Below, piece after piece: positions 1-10,330 of a stretch of 64,000 nucleotides of DNA (its first letter is position 1; each line of letters opens with the position of its first letter). This DNA is from Gammaproteobacteria bacterium. Lineage in GTDB: Bacteria > Pseudomonadota > Gammaproteobacteria > Eutrophobiales > Eutrophobiaceae. A program made the translations under genes and the position numbers. Under the pieces are notes generated by a model. It saw nothing but the letters and a program-made list of their open reading frames with translations, had not been told where the DNA came from and searched no databases. The DNA lies in NCBI GenBank assembly GCA_965221695.1, contig OZ244905.1, forward strand, positions 3,264,001 through 3,328,000. The letters run 5' to 3'.

Positions 1-1214
1 AAAGTGCCGGTCCATATCCCGTTATAACCCGTTTCAGCCACCAGCAAGGCATCCTCTGGCAGGCGCTGGGTGAGTTCTGCGCAGAGTCGCTCGGGTCGTA
101 GCGGTTCAGCATCGCTTTCATACTCACCTGCAACCTTTGCGCGCCAGTCGCTTACCAGTTTCCTGGACTGGTCCAGCCACTGTTGCCGGTCTGCTGGCAC
201 AGCGGCGCGTGCGGCATCAAGCAGGCGCCTGAGTCCGGTTTTTGCGTCACAACACATAGAGGCATCAGTTTTATAATGACGACCCAGTTCCTCCGAATTT
301 ATATCGAGTTGTACCACTTTTGCGCCCGCTGGCGGAACCTGGAAATTACAGGTAACCTGACTGCCGGTATGACTACCGATGTAGAAGACGAGGTCCGCTG
401 CGAGTATGGCCCGGTTTGCGCTTTCGCGGCTGTAGAGCCCGCATACACCCACCAGGTTGGGGTGATCACCCGGCAGTACCGCCTTGGCATTCAGAGATGT
501 TGCGACGGGGATTTGCAGGCGCTCGGAAAGCGCCGCTAGTTCCTTTCCCGCGCCGGAATGACGAACGCCTCCACCGGCTACGATAACAGGGCGCGCGGCT
601 TCCTGCAGACATTCTAGAACCTTGTAGACAGACTCGGGTTCCGGGGCAGGCCGGAAGGGGCAAACACTGGAAATGGCCGTGTCGGTGATGCCAGTGAAAT
701 CTGTCTCCTGCTCCTCCAGTTCACCGAAATGCCCCAGCAGTTCGATTACCGTTGGCCCGGGTGTGCCTGTGGTCGCCGACCTCACGCATTGCTCCAGAGC
801 CTGCTGCAGGTCTTCTACCCGTGTCACCCTGGCCTGTGATTTGGTCAGCGGGCGGAACATTTCAAAATCCTCAATTTGCTGGTAGGTGTGACGGTTTCTT
901 GTATGGTCGTAATGACCGCCGGTGATGGCGACCACGGGCGAATTGGCCAGGTAGGCGTCTTTTAGTCCTGCAGCCAGGTTTGCTGCGCCGACTGTCTGGG
1001 CGGCGCAAAATCCGACACGACCGGCAGCGCGCGCGTAACCATCAGCCATGTAAGCCGCCGCTTTTTCGCCGTGGGTCATAATCCTGCTGATGTCCGTGCG
1101 CATTTCCATCTCTACCAGGGTATTACATAATATTGTGGGCATGTAAAAGAAATGCGTAACACCCCAGGATTCCAGGGTTTGCGCCAGGAATTGCGCCCCG
1201 GTAATTCTTGCCAT
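1..1214 (-). CDS. Thiamine diphosphate-dependent enzyme (acetolactate synthase-like superfamily), 3' end beyond the window edge
   Basis: Not in the ORF track because it runs off the left edge. Manual translation from ATG 1214 gives MARITGAQFLAQTLESWGVTHFF...THGEKAAAYMADGYARAAGR...GAANLAAGLKDAYLANSPVVAITGG (ThDP PYR domain with conserved Glu); the same frame reads PEDALLVAETGYNGIW near position 1. Confidence 0.9.
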   Translation of the reverse strand, partial: MARITGAQFLAQTLESWGVTHFFYMPTILCNTLVEMEMRTDISRIMTHGEKAAAYMADGYARAAGRVGFCAAQTVGAANLAAGLKDAYLANSPVVAITGGHYDHTRNRHTYQQIEDFEMFRPLTKSQARVTRVEDLQQALEQCVRSATTGTPGPTVIELLGHFGELEEQETDFTGITDTAISSVCPFRPAPEPESVYKVLECLQEAARPVIVAGGGVRHSGAGKELAALSERLQIPVATSLNAKAVLPGDHPNLVGVCGLYSRESANRAILAADLVFYIGSHTGSQVTCNFQVPPAGAKVVQLDINSEELGRHYKTDASMCCDAKTGLRRLLDAARAAVPADRQQWLDQSRKLVSDWRAKVAGEYESDAEPLRPERLCAELTQRLPEDALLVAETGYNGIWTGT

Positions 1215-1228
1215 ATGGCAATACCCTC

Positions 1229-1314
1229 ACCTGTTACAGGTTGATTATTTGAGTGATTCTCATTGTTGCAAAAAAATTTGTACAGGTTGACATTTACAAC
1301 AGGTTACATAGAAT
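1229..1314 (+). promoter_or_regulatory. Sigma70-like promoter and putative operator in divergent intergenic region
   Basis: TTGACA (1287-1292), 16 bp, TAGAAT (1309-1314); palindrome ACCTGT-T-ACAGGT (1229-1241) and extra ACAGGT half-sites at 1282 and 1299. Confidence 0.55.
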
Positions 1315-1364
1315 TACTATACTTACCTATTATACCAATTCAACCCACCGTCGGGAGAAAGCCG

Positions 1365-3911
1365 ATGAAGAAAAACAAATGTTTGCCGCGCGCAAGATTA
1401 CCCGGAACTGGTATCCCCTTTAAACGTTCCAGACTGGCCGTGGCAGTGTCTGCTGCAACGATGCTGTCCGGGCCGATAGTGGAGGCACAACAGACTCTGG
1501 AGGAGATAATCGTCACCGCACAGCGACGTGAACAATCGGTATTTGATGTCCCCTATAACATTTCTGTGCTTAGTGGCGATGCAATCAGAAACGTCGGGGC
1601 AGCCAATGTGGATGATGTGCTGCGCATGATACCAGGACTGGCTTTCGATAACGGTGGGACCAAACAGCAATTGAACAACAGTATGATCCTGCGCGGCGTT
1701 AATTTCCAGTCTCCGGGTTTTACCAACTCGTTCCAGAACCTGTCCGATGCCCCGGTTTCCATGTATGTCGGTGAAATTCCGGTGTTCTCTGTCATCAAGA
1801 TGACGGATATCGACAGGGTGGAAGTGCTGCGCGGCCCTCAGGGCACCCTGTACGGTTCGGGTTCGGTGGGAGGCACCGTGAAGTTCCATTTCAACAAGCC
1901 GGACCTGGAAAATCAGGTATTTGAAGCTTCCGGACGGTTTGGCGGCAACAGCCATTCGGATGAATTGAATTACAGCGCCGATTTTATCGGCAACTTACCG
2001 GTATCGGATAATTTTGCCATCCGCGTTTCCGCCGGTTACGAGGAACTGGGAGGCGTAACTGACGCTAACGGCAGATATGCCTTGGAAGCAAATAAAGATC
2101 CGGCTTCCACAGGCCCGGTAACCAGTGAAGTGATGGGCGAATTGCCGCCGGTGCCTGTTTTTTCCCAACCGGTTCTTGCAGACCCGAGCAACCCGGACAG
2201 TCCGGCGCTGGTTGAACCCGTCGATGATATCGATGATTTTGAGACCTGGTATATCAGGGGTTCGGCGTTATTAAAAATCAGTGAAAATGCGGAAGTGCTT
2301 GCCAGTTGGTATCACCAGGAAGATGATGGTTTCGGCGACACGGCATCCGCTGTGATCAATAACGATCCGAATGACAATATGGAGTGGGAGCACAACCTGC
2401 GCAGGGGAAGTGAAGACCTGAATTATACAACCGACATCGGCGCGCTGGAGATCACTGTTGACATGGGTTTTGCGACGGTGACTTCGGCAACCGGTTACAC
2501 CAACATAGACAAGGACTATACCAACGATATATCCGGTTTGTATGACCGCTTGGACGGTCTGGACTTTGGCGCTTTCACGGGCTTCGGTTCCTATGGCGGC
2601 TTTCCGCGCCTGACTACACCTAGCCCTCAGGTCCTGGATGAATTCGAGACATTCACCGAGGAAATCCGGTTGGTGACCGATACGGGCGGACGTTGGGACG
2701 TGGTGCTCGGGTTCTATTATGAAGACACCCGGCAGGATGTGGGCGGTTATGATCTCTGGCCCGGTTATTTCGAGTGGATAAATGACCCCACGACAGCGGT
2801 GGCCCAGACATACGGAACGCCTACGGTTGCTGATGCGCTGGCTGCCACCTCCAATACAGGACTCGGATATCCGTTTACCCTCTTCAGGAAAGTGGACTTT
2901 GAAGAGAAGGCGGTTTTCGGTGAAGTTACCATCCGATTGACCGATAAGTGGCAGGTAACCGGTGGAGCGCGTGTGTTCTGGCAGGACTTCGAACAGCTAT
3001 TGTTTAACCAGTTGCCTGTTTGTGGCTTATTCTGCAGCATAACCGGCGACCCGATCAACGGCACTGCTGCGGACGAAGCGACCAGCGCCGATTTCCAGGA
3101 TGAAATCTTCAAGGTAAACACGTCCTATGACATCATGGAAAACCACAAGATGTATTTTACCTGGGCAGAAGGTTTCCGCCACGGTGGCGCCAATCCCTTT
3201 GCCACCACGGGCGGAGGCGCAGTGCAAGAGGATTTCGTCCTGTTTGAATCGGACAAGGCAACCAACTGGGAGGTCGGACTGAAGGGGACGCTGATGGATA
3301 ACCGTATGCGTTACAGCATGGCAGGTTATTTTATTCAGTGGGATAATCCTCAGACCGATGGCTTTTTCGGTCCTTTTGCGCTGCCTGCGGTGATCAACGC
3401 AGAGGAGGCGGAAACCGTGGGTTTCGAAGTTGAAGTTACCGCAACACCGACCGATAATCTGCTGGTCACTTTCGGTTATAACTACGTGGACGCCGAGTTC
3501 AGCAAAGACGCCACCGCCTTGGCTGGATTAAGTGGCACTTACGCGACCATCGCCGATGGCGACCCGCTGCCAGGCGTGCCGGAGAGTATAGCTTCCTGGT
3601 CGATTGACTATTTCTATCCCTTGGATAACGGTTCCGAGATTCATGCCAACGTCAACGGCAATGTCCGGTCGAGTGTTACGACATTTCCGAACACAAACTT
3701 CCGTGACTACGCTAAAATCGACGGTTTTTCCATCTGGAACGCGTCGATTGAATGGCGCACCGACAAGGTAAGCATCGGCGCCTTCGTCAACAATATCGGT
3801 GATGAAGTGGCGGTTACCGGCGCTAGGATATTCCAAGCTGAATTCGATGATCGGGCCACAATCGGACGCCCAAGAAGTTTCGGGGTATTCGCCAACTATT
3901 CATTCAACTGA
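1365..3911 (+). CDS. TonB-dependent receptor
   Basis: Signal peptide, LEEIIVTAQRRE, plug motif IDRVEVLRGPQGTLYGSGSVGG, C-terminal RSFGVFANYSFN; ATG 1365 preceded by GGGAGA. Confidence 0.95.
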   Translation: MKKNKCLPRARLPGTGIPFKRSRLAVAVSAATMLSGPIVEAQQTLEEIIVTAQRREQSVFDVPYNISVLSGDAIRNVGAANVDDVLRMIPGLAFDNGGTKQQLNNSMILRGVNFQSPGFTNSFQNLSDAPVSMYVGEIPVFSVIKMTDIDRVEVLRGPQGTLYGSGSVGGTVKFHFNKPDLENQVFEASGRFGGNSHSDELNYSADFIGNLPVSDNFAIRVSAGYEELGGVTDANGRYALEANKDPASTGPVTSEVMGELPPVPVFSQPVLADPSNPDSPALVEPVDDIDDFETWYIRGSALLKISENAEVLASWYHQEDDGFGDTASAVINNDPNDNMEWEHNLRRGSEDLNYTTDIGALEITVDMGFATVTSATGYTNIDKDYTNDISGLYDRLDGLDFGAFTGFGSYGGFPRLTTPSPQVLDEFETFTEEIRLVTDTGGRWDVVLGFYYEDTRQDVGGYDLWPGYFEWINDPTTAVAQTYGTPTVADALAATSNTGLGYPFTLFRKVDFEEKAVFGEVTIRLTDKWQVTGGARVFWQDFEQLLFNQLPVCGLFCSITGDPINGTAADEATSADFQDEIFKVNTSYDIMENHKMYFTWAEGFRHGGANPFATTGGGAVQEDFVLFESDKATNWEVGLKGTLMDNRMRYSMAGYFIQWDNPQTDGFFGPFALPAVINAEEAETVGFEVEVTATPTDNLLVTFGYNYVDAEFSKDATALAGLSGTYATIADGDPLPGVPESIASWSIDYFYPLDNGSEIHANVNGNVRSSVTTFPNTNFRDYAKIDGFSIWNASIEWRTDKVSIGAFVNNIGDEVAVTGARIFQAEFDDRATIGRPRSFGVFANYSFN

Positions 3912-3926
3912 TCCTGATGGTTCACC

Positions 3927-3968
3927 TGCAAGACCCCTGCCAACACCGGTTCGGCAGGGGATTTTGCA
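3927..3968 (+). terminator. Stem-loop after TonB receptor (terminator or mRNA-stabilising hairpin)
   Basis: TGCAAGACCCCTGCC...GGCAGGGGATTTTGCA inverted repeat. Confidence 0.5.
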
Positions 3969-3992
3969 TGTCTGTACATACCTGTAAGACCG

Positions 3993-5183
3993 ATGAGTGA
4001 ACCGAACGTCGTTCTGACTATCCCGCGCCCGGGGGAGATTGCGCTCAAGGAACGTCCGCATCCAAAAATTACCTCGGGCTTTGCGCTTGTAAGGGTGCGT
4101 ATAGCGCCTATCTGCATCGAACACCAGATTTACCGGGACTTCACCTTTGAATGGATGGAAGACAAGGAGAATATGGGTCATGAAGGGGTTGGAGAAGTGT
4201 GCGAGGTCGCGCCGGGTTCCCGTTTCAAGGTGGGCGATCGGGTTATCATCTACCAAGGGCATCCCTGTGGCCAGTGTTATGTCTGCACCAGCGCCCTCAG
4301 CCCCACTCACTGTATGCGAGTGCCATACGAACAGATGATTGCTGGTTCCACCATCAAGGGTATCGCTGACTCTGGCGATGGTTCTGGCACACTGCAGACC
4401 TTGGGAGAAATGGGGATTGGCAGGCGCGCCATTGAGATAGAATGTGGCAGTGACGGTGGTGGTTTCGGCTTTGGCCGCTTTCGCATTGCGCCGGAACTAA
4501 TGCTGCAGAAAATCCCGGACACCCTTGATTTTCGCTACGCCGCCGCTGCTAACTGCGCGTGCGGCTGTACCTACACCGGTATTGAGGAACTTGGCGTCGG
4601 ACCAGGAGACTTCGTGCTGGTGGCCGGCATTGGTTTTATCGGCTTTGGAGCCATCATCAACGCCAAATTTCGGGGCGCTACCGTGATTGCGCTGGGACGT
4701 AATGAGTACCGTATGCAGCAGGCAATGCAGATGGGCGCGGATTACGTTCTCAACCCGGAACATCAGGACTGGCTGGAACAATTGCGTGAGATAACCGGTT
4801 ACAAGCAGGGCGTAGACTTTGCTGCTGAGTGCTCTGGCTATCCCTATTACCAGAACAAGTGTATTGCGGCAGTGCGCCGTTATGGTGGAGTTTTCTTTTT
4901 TGGCCACGTGCCGGGCGCCGACCACAAGCTGGAAATCCATATCCTTGATGAGATCATGAACAGGCATGTGCATATTACCGGAGGCCATGATGTGCGCTGG
5001 CTGCATCGCGAAGGGCTGTTGAATATGTTGCAGGATGATTCAGTACAACAAGGTATTGACACAATGGTTACCCACGAATTCAACATGTCCGACGGCAAGG
5101 CAGCTTTCGAAGCCGCGCTCTCGAAACAGGCCGGGAAAATCTATCTTTATCCTTGGGAAGACTGCCCGCGCGCTAGCGGCTGA
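3993..5183 (+). CDS. Zinc-binding alcohol dehydrogenase (MDR family)
   Basis: GHEGVG, structural-Zn CGQCYVC-x7-C, nucleotide-binding GIGFIG. Confidence 0.9.
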   Translation: MSEPNVVLTIPRPGEIALKERPHPKITSGFALVRVRIAPICIEHQIYRDFTFEWMEDKENMGHEGVGEVCEVAPGSRFKVGDRVIIYQGHPCGQCYVCTSALSPTHCMRVPYEQMIAGSTIKGIADSGDGSGTLQTLGEMGIGRRAIEIECGSDGGGFGFGRFRIAPELMLQKIPDTLDFRYAAAANCACGCTYTGIEELGVGPGDFVLVAGIGFIGFGAIINAKFRGATVIALGRNEYRMQQAMQMGADYVLNPEHQDWLEQLREITGYKQGVDFAAECSGYPYYQNKCIAAVRRYGGVFFFGHVPGADHKLEIHILDEIMNRHVHITGGHDVRWLHREGLLNMLQDDSVQQGIDTMVTHEFNMSDGKAAFEAALSKQAGKIYLYPWEDCPRASG

Positions 5184-5190
5184 TGTAATA

Positions 5191-6618
5191 GTGAAGCCGG
5201 CGCGCCAACTGAAGAAGGAACTCACCCTTAAAGAGGTGTTCACCCTCATCTTCGGTAATATTATCGGGGTGGGGTGGATCATAATCGGCGCCACCTGGAT
5301 TATTGAAGGAGGCACGTTGGGCGCAATGATCGCGTTCCTGATTGCTGCAGTGGCCTTGCTGCCGGTGGCGCTTTGCTATGCGGAATTGGGCGCTATGTAC
5401 CCTCTGTCCGGCGGCGAAGCCGTATATGCATACGAAGCCTTTGGCTCGCGCCTTGCATTTGCCGGCGGATGGTTTCTTGCCTTCGGTTTTGTAGCGATTG
5501 CCCTGTTCGAGTCTGTCGCAATCGGCTGGCTGGTTACTACCCTGTTACCTGTATTGAAAGGTCCGGTCGCGTATTCAGTACTGGGTTATCCAGTCACATG
5601 GGGCGCGCTTGCCATCTCTGTGGCCGGGATTATCCTGATCACCACGGTCAACTACCTGGGCGGCGCAGTTACCGGTCGGTTCCAGGACCAGATGACATGG
5701 TTGTTGCTGTTGTTCTGCGTTGCTTTTGTCATTGGCGGTATTGCCATGGGAGATGCCGCAAACCTGCAGCCTTTGTTCCGGGAAGCGGATAAAGGTGGGG
5801 CGCTTAAAGGTTTCTTCCTCGTGCTGATCACCACGCCTGCGTGGTATTCCGGCTTTAATACCATGCCGCAGGCCGTGGGTGAGGTCGCCGAACTGAAAAA
5901 CCCGGTCATGTTGGCAAAGATCGTAGCTGCGACGTTCCTCGCCGGTGGGGTGTTTTATGCCAGCGTTATCCTGGCAACCTCAATTGCCGCGCCTGTTGAG
6001 GTCCTGGCAGAAGCGGATATGGGTGTCGCCAGCGCTATGGAATATGCATTTGCTTCTGCCTGGATGGGAAAAATCGTGTTGCTTGCTGGATTGCTGGGAC
6101 TGCTGACCACCTGGAATGCCGTATTTTTTTGTGCAAGTCGGGTCTTGTTTGCGTTGGGCAGAGCACAGCTCATCTATCCGGCGCTGGCCGCGGTGCATCC
6201 CCGTTTCGGGTCGCCACATACTGCTGTGCTGGTTGTGGGCATTCTCTGTATAGTGGGTTGCCTGTCCGGTAGGCCGGCGCTGGTGAATGTCATAAACAGC
6301 GCCGGGCTTGGCTTCAGCCTGGTGTACCTGCTTGCCTGTTGCGTCTTCCTGCGTCTCAGACAGCGTTATCCTGAAATGAAACGGCCATACCGGATGCCCG
6401 GTTATCCATGGCTTGTAATCGCCGCAATATTTACCTGCAGTTTCATGATTGCTTCAGCGATCTATTTTACTTGGATCGAAAGGCGAACCCTGGTCCCGGT
6501 GGAGTGGCTGCTTGTATTGTTCTGGACCATACTCGGTATATTTGCCTGGCGGGGATCGGAAAAAATACGCAATAAGATCAGTGAAATGGAACGGCGCGAA
6601 CTGATGCACACCCGCTGA
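5191..6618 (+). CDS. APC family amino acid/amine permease
   Basis: LKKELTLKEV...GNIIGVG, YAELGAMYPLSGGEAVY, SRVLFALGR, RPYRMPG; GTG 5191 chosen because the longer ORF overlaps the upstream gene. Confidence 0.9.
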   Translation: MKPARQLKKELTLKEVFTLIFGNIIGVGWIIIGATWIIEGGTLGAMIAFLIAAVALLPVALCYAELGAMYPLSGGEAVYAYEAFGSRLAFAGGWFLAFGFVAIALFESVAIGWLVTTLLPVLKGPVAYSVLGYPVTWGALAISVAGIILITTVNYLGGAVTGRFQDQMTWLLLLFCVAFVIGGIAMGDAANLQPLFREADKGGALKGFFLVLITTPAWYSGFNTMPQAVGEVAELKNPVMLAKIVAATFLAGGVFYASVILATSIAAPVEVLAEADMGVASAMEYAFASAWMGKIVLLAGLLGLLTTWNAVFFCASRVLFALGRAQLIYPALAAVHPRFGSPHTAVLVVGILCIVGCLSGRPALVNVINSAGLGFSLVYLLACCVFLRLRQRYPEMKRPYRMPGYPWLVIAAIFTCSFMIASAIYFTWIERRTLVPVEWLLVLFWTILGIFAWRGSEKIRNKISEMERRELMHTR

Positions 6619-6656
6619 GCTATGGCAAAATTAAGTTGAAACAGTACTAGCCCCAG

Positions 6657-7943
6657 ATGAAAATACAATCCCTGTACAGGTGGTATGTGCTGGCGATTCT
6701 AGTTCTTGTCTATACAACCAATATCGCGGACCGTTTTATTCTCAGCATTTTAATCGAACCCATACGCGCAGAATTCGGCGTATCCGATACGGCGCTGGGA
6801 TTGCTCGGCGGCTTTGCTTTTGTCGTATTTTATACCCTGATGGGCCTGCCTATTGCGCGCCTGGCTGACCGGGGCAATCGACGTAACATTATTGCCCTGT
6901 CTGTAGGCATTTATTCCATAATGACCGCGCTTTGCGGCGCCGCACAAGGGTTTTTCCACCTGTTACTGGCTCGCATTGGTGTGGGTGTGGGAGAAGCGGG
7001 AAGTTCACCGCCATCACACTCGCTGGTAGCAGACCTGTTTCACATCTCTGAGCGTACGTTTGCTCTGGCTGTCCTGAGTCTCGGCGCGAGCATAGGGTTA
7101 ACACTCGGGTTTTCTGGTGGCGGTTGGATTGCCGAGCATTATGGCTGGCGGTCTGCTTTTTTTGCCATGGCCATACCCGGAATGATTGTGGCTGTACTGG
7201 TGCGTCTGACCGTCAGTGAACCTGAACGGCGCATCGGCGAGACCGGAGTGGGAGAGGAGGCAAAGGGTTACAATATGCCGGGTTTGGCCGATACGTTGAA
7301 GTTCATTGCTTCGCAAAAAGCTTATGTGCATGTTGTGTTTGGCGGTGCATTGCTGAACGCGTACTTGATGGGCATGACCATATTTCTCCCGGCCGTGCTT
7401 GTGCGTTCCCATGGATTCAGTGTAAGTGAGGCTGGTCACATACTCGGGTGGGTTCTGGGAATATCCGGCTCACTGGGCTTGATTGTGGGTGGTTACCTAA
7501 CGGATTATCTCGGCAGGCGGGACTTTCGCTGGCATCCTTGGCTGACTGCCTGGGTAACTATAATTACCCTGCCGGGTTCCGTTGGCCTGCTGCTGCTGAA
7601 CAAAGGCATTTTATTCTATGTTTGTGTTGTCATGTTTGGCATAGCCAACTCAATGTTTCTGGGTCCGTTATTTGCAATGGCACAAAACCTGGTAGCTCCA
7701 AGGATGCGGGCCCTGGCCGCAGCGCTGTTGCTGTTTATCATAAATATCATCGGCGCCGGGCTCGGCCCGCAAATTGTCGGAATCTTCAGTGACCTGTTGC
7801 GGGCATTTTCCGCACTTGGTGAAGACTCCCTGCGCTATGCATTATTACTTGGCATTGTGGTAACCGGACCCTGGAGCGTGTATCATTATTTTCGCGGCGC
7901 CCGCACCATTCAAGAGGATTACGCGCGCGCGGCGGGAACATGA
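6657..7943 (+). CDS. MFS transporter, spinster-like
   Basis: NIADRFILSILIEPIRAEF, ARLADRGNRR, ARIGVGVGEAGSSPPSHSLVAD. Confidence 0.9.
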   Translation: MKIQSLYRWYVLAILVLVYTTNIADRFILSILIEPIRAEFGVSDTALGLLGGFAFVVFYTLMGLPIARLADRGNRRNIIALSVGIYSIMTALCGAAQGFFHLLLARIGVGVGEAGSSPPSHSLVADLFHISERTFALAVLSLGASIGLTLGFSGGGWIAEHYGWRSAFFAMAIPGMIVAVLVRLTVSEPERRIGETGVGEEAKGYNMPGLADTLKFIASQKAYVHVVFGGALLNAYLMGMTIFLPAVLVRSHGFSVSEAGHILGWVLGISGSLGLIVGGYLTDYLGRRDFRWHPWLTAWVTIITLPGSVGLLLLNKGILFYVCVVMFGIANSMFLGPLFAMAQNLVAPRMRALAAALLLFIINIIGAGLGPQIVGIFSDLLRAFSALGEDSLRYALLLGIVVTGPWSVYHYFRGARTIQEDYARAAGT

Positions 7944-7956
7944 TGGCGGAGAAATT

Positions 7957-8460
7957 ATGATTCTTGGCTTTGCGCACCCTGCGCTTGTTGTGCCCGATCT
8001 GGAACGCGCGCGAGAGTTTTACGAAAAGATGTTCGGTTTTCGCGTGATTGGCGAGGAAGGATGGGAGCCCGGTTCCGTATCGGAAAAAGTGACCGGCGCG
8101 CCGGGTTCTGCGTGCACAGGTTATTATCTGGCCGGACACAACTGTTTCCTGGAACTGTTTCAATTTACCGCGCCGGAACAGACATCCCCTGCTCCCGGCA
8201 GTCTCCTGGCTCACGAGCCGGGCATCCGCCACCTGTCATTTTATGTTGACGACATCAGGCTGGAATACCGGCGGCTGCTGAAACTTGGCGGGCAGAAACT
8301 GGGTGAATTACCGGAAGATGCCGACGGCCCGACTGCCGTGTACTGCCGCGACCCGTTCGGGAATATCGTTGAACTATGCGAAATCCCCTGTCCAGAGGAA
8401 GAACCCACAAGTTTGCCTGGAATAATCAAAGCGGGTGATTTCACCGGCGAAGAGAGTTAG
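7957..8460 (+). CDS. VOC (glyoxalase/bleomycin-resistance) family protein
   Basis: FAHPALVVPDLERAREFY, LELFQF, HLSFYVDD, YCRDPFGNIVELCE. Confidence 0.9.
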   Translation: MILGFAHPALVVPDLERAREFYEKMFGFRVIGEEGWEPGSVSEKVTGAPGSACTGYYLAGHNCFLELFQFTAPEQTSPAPGSLLAHEPGIRHLSFYVDDIRLEYRRLLKLGGQKLGELPEDADGPTAVYCRDPFGNIVELCEIPCPEEEPTSLPGIIKAGDFTGEES

Positions 8461-8518
8461 GGGAACTCTGAACAAGTCCATCTGGGACTAGTCAGAGCAC
8501 GTAAAACAAAAATGTGAT
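8457..8518 (-). mobile_element. Partial copy of the IS5-ended miniature element (reverse orientation)
   Basis: TTAGGGGAACTCTGAACAAGTCCATCTGGGACTAGTCAGAGCACGTAAAACAAAAATGTGAT is a near match to the reverse complement of 35356-35417. Confidence 0.8.
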
Positions 8519-10310
8519 GGCCTTTCGTATGACATTTTACCGAGGTTTATGGTTTCCCCTGTTACTCATGTTTAGCGTGGCGGGAGCAGGTGACAAGTAC
8601 GATGTGACGCGTGTTGTCCCACCGTATCTTGCCGAACATCGATCATATTTCAAGACCGAAACGGTACAGGCAGGCCCTTATCCCGTCTGGCTGATCAGTA
8701 ATGCCGCCAACCAGATGTCCAATGCCGTATTGGTGGAAGGGGATAAGGAACTGGTGGTATTCGATACCGGTTCAAGCCACCGGCATGGCGCTGCCATATT
8801 GGCGGAAATCCGGAAAATATCCGACAAGCCCATCAGCGCTCTGGTTTATTCCCACCATCATGGTGACCACTGTACCGGCGCCGCTGCCCTGGTCGACAGA
8901 GAAGATGTAGCCGCAGGAAAGGTAAAAATTATTGCCAGAGCCAATTTCATGCAGGAATATGTGGACGAAGACTTTATGACCGGTCCGATACAGACGCTGC
9001 GTTCCGTCTACCAGTTCGGCAGCGCGCTGGAACAAGCAGACCTGAAAGATTATGTTATCGGTATCAGCGGTGGTGAGTTGCCTTCCGGGCCTGGGGCATT
9101 CATTGAGCCAAACACCTTGCTTGACGAACGCCAAACAATTTCACTGGCCGGCATCGAGTTTGAGTTTATCCCGAGCGGTGGGGAGGCGGCGACTCACATG
9201 ATTGCATGGTTGCCGGAGTGGAAGATCGTTCTGAGTGGTGATGAAATATATCCGGCTTTGCCTAACCTGCACGCCCTGCGTGGGACAAAATTTCGTGATG
9301 CCCGTAACTGGATGAATGCAATCGACTTGATACGGGCGCTGCAGCCGGATTACCTAGCGCCGTCACACGGGCCGTTGCTGGGCGGGGAAGAAAAAATCCT
9401 AAGGATACTCACCGTGTACCGCGATGCCTTACAGTATCAACATGACCAGGCTATTCGTTTTATCAACAAAGGCTATACGGCCGGAGAAGTGGCTGAGAGA
9501 CTGTCCGAATTGCCTGAGAGCTTGCGCCTGGTTCCTTATACCACCGAGATGTACGGCAAACTGCGACACAATATTCCAAACATCTATCATGGTTACGTGG
9601 GTTGGTTCTCCGGCGATGCCGTGGACCTGGCGCGCACCCCGCGCCGGGAACTGGCGCAGAAAATTATTGCGCTCATGGGCGGCCGGGATCGGGTCCTTGC
9701 CGAAGCGGAACGATCATTTATTCGGGGTGATGCACAATTTGCCGCCGAATTGACAACGCTGTTATTGCGGATCAATGCTGACGACGAACCCGTGCGGCAA
9801 CTCAAGGCAGGAGCATTCCGGCAGTTGGGCTATCGGCAGATCAACAGTATCTGGCGTAGCTGGTACCTGACGGCTGCCCTGGAGTTGGAAGGCAAATTCG
9901 ACGTAACTGCAAACTGGCGTGATTTAATGAGCAATGTGCGCGGCGTCGGCAATCTTGCCGGATTGCCGAGCATCAAGGTGCTTGAGTTGTTGCGTTACAG
10001 TGTGGCTGCGGAACATTCGGCCGATTCGGTGGTGACTCTGCGCTGGCAGATTACGGACCGTAATGAATCGCTTTACACACAGATACGGCGCGGCATCATG
10101 GATGTAAGCCGGCAATCGTATAACAAATCCGTTGATGCTCAACTGGATATACGACGAGAGCATCTAGATGCCCTGGTTGCAGGTTCGATCGATATCAATA
10201 CGGCTTTAAGTCAGGATATCATTGGAGTCACCGGTTCCCGACAAAAGGCAAAGGAGTTTTTCAGTTATATTGAATCCCATGATTACGATATATCCATTTC
10301 GGCGCGTTAG
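8517..10310 (+). CDS. Alkyl sulfatase (SdsA/BDS1 type, metallo-beta-lactamase fold, C-terminal SCP2-like domain), probably secreted
   Basis: YSHHHGDH metal motif, PNLHALRGTKFRD, YHGYVGWFSGD, LMGGRDRVL, WRSWYLTAALELEG; N-terminal signal-like sequence. Start ATG 8517 or 8529. Confidence 0.88.
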   Translation: MAFRMTFYRGLWFPLLLMFSVAGAGDKYDVTRVVPPYLAEHRSYFKTETVQAGPYPVWLISNAANQMSNAVLVEGDKELVVFDTGSSHRHGAAILAEIRKISDKPISALVYSHHHGDHCTGAAALVDREDVAAGKVKIIARANFMQEYVDEDFMTGPIQTLRSVYQFGSALEQADLKDYVIGISGGELPSGPGAFIEPNTLLDERQTISLAGIEFEFIPSGGEAATHMIAWLPEWKIVLSGDEIYPALPNLHALRGTKFRDARNWMNAIDLIRALQPDYLAPSHGPLLGGEEKILRILTVYRDALQYQHDQAIRFINKGYTAGEVAERLSELPESLRLVPYTTEMYGKLRHNIPNIYHGYVGWFSGDAVDLARTPRRELAQKIIALMGGRDRVLAEAERSFIRGDAQFAAELTTLLLRINADDEPVRQLKAGAFRQLGYRQINSIWRSWYLTAALELEGKFDVTANWRDLMSNVRGVGNLAGLPSIKVLELLRYSVAAEHSADSVVTLRWQITDRNESLYTQIRRGIMDVSRQSYNKSVDAQLDIRREHLDALVAGSIDINTALSQDIIGVTGSRQKAKEFFSYIESHDYDISISAR

Positions 10311-10330
10311 GACCCCGGGGAGATTGTCTG

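Noticed and set aside
70-885. Short ORFs listed in the track at the left edge
   Set aside because: They are shadows of the minus-strand ThDP enzyme gene that runs off the window.
1-1214. Sulfoacetaldehyde acetyltransferase (xsc)
   Set aside because: The N-terminus lacks the Xsc-type EAFV/FGIIGSA signature as recalled; left as a generic ThDP enzyme.
5035-5190. N-terminal extensions in the ORF track (also at 1263, 20277, 39134, 41236, 50034, 54341)
   Set aside because: They overlap upstream genes, repeats or the SRP RNA, or precede the family-typical N-terminus; downstream starts fit better.
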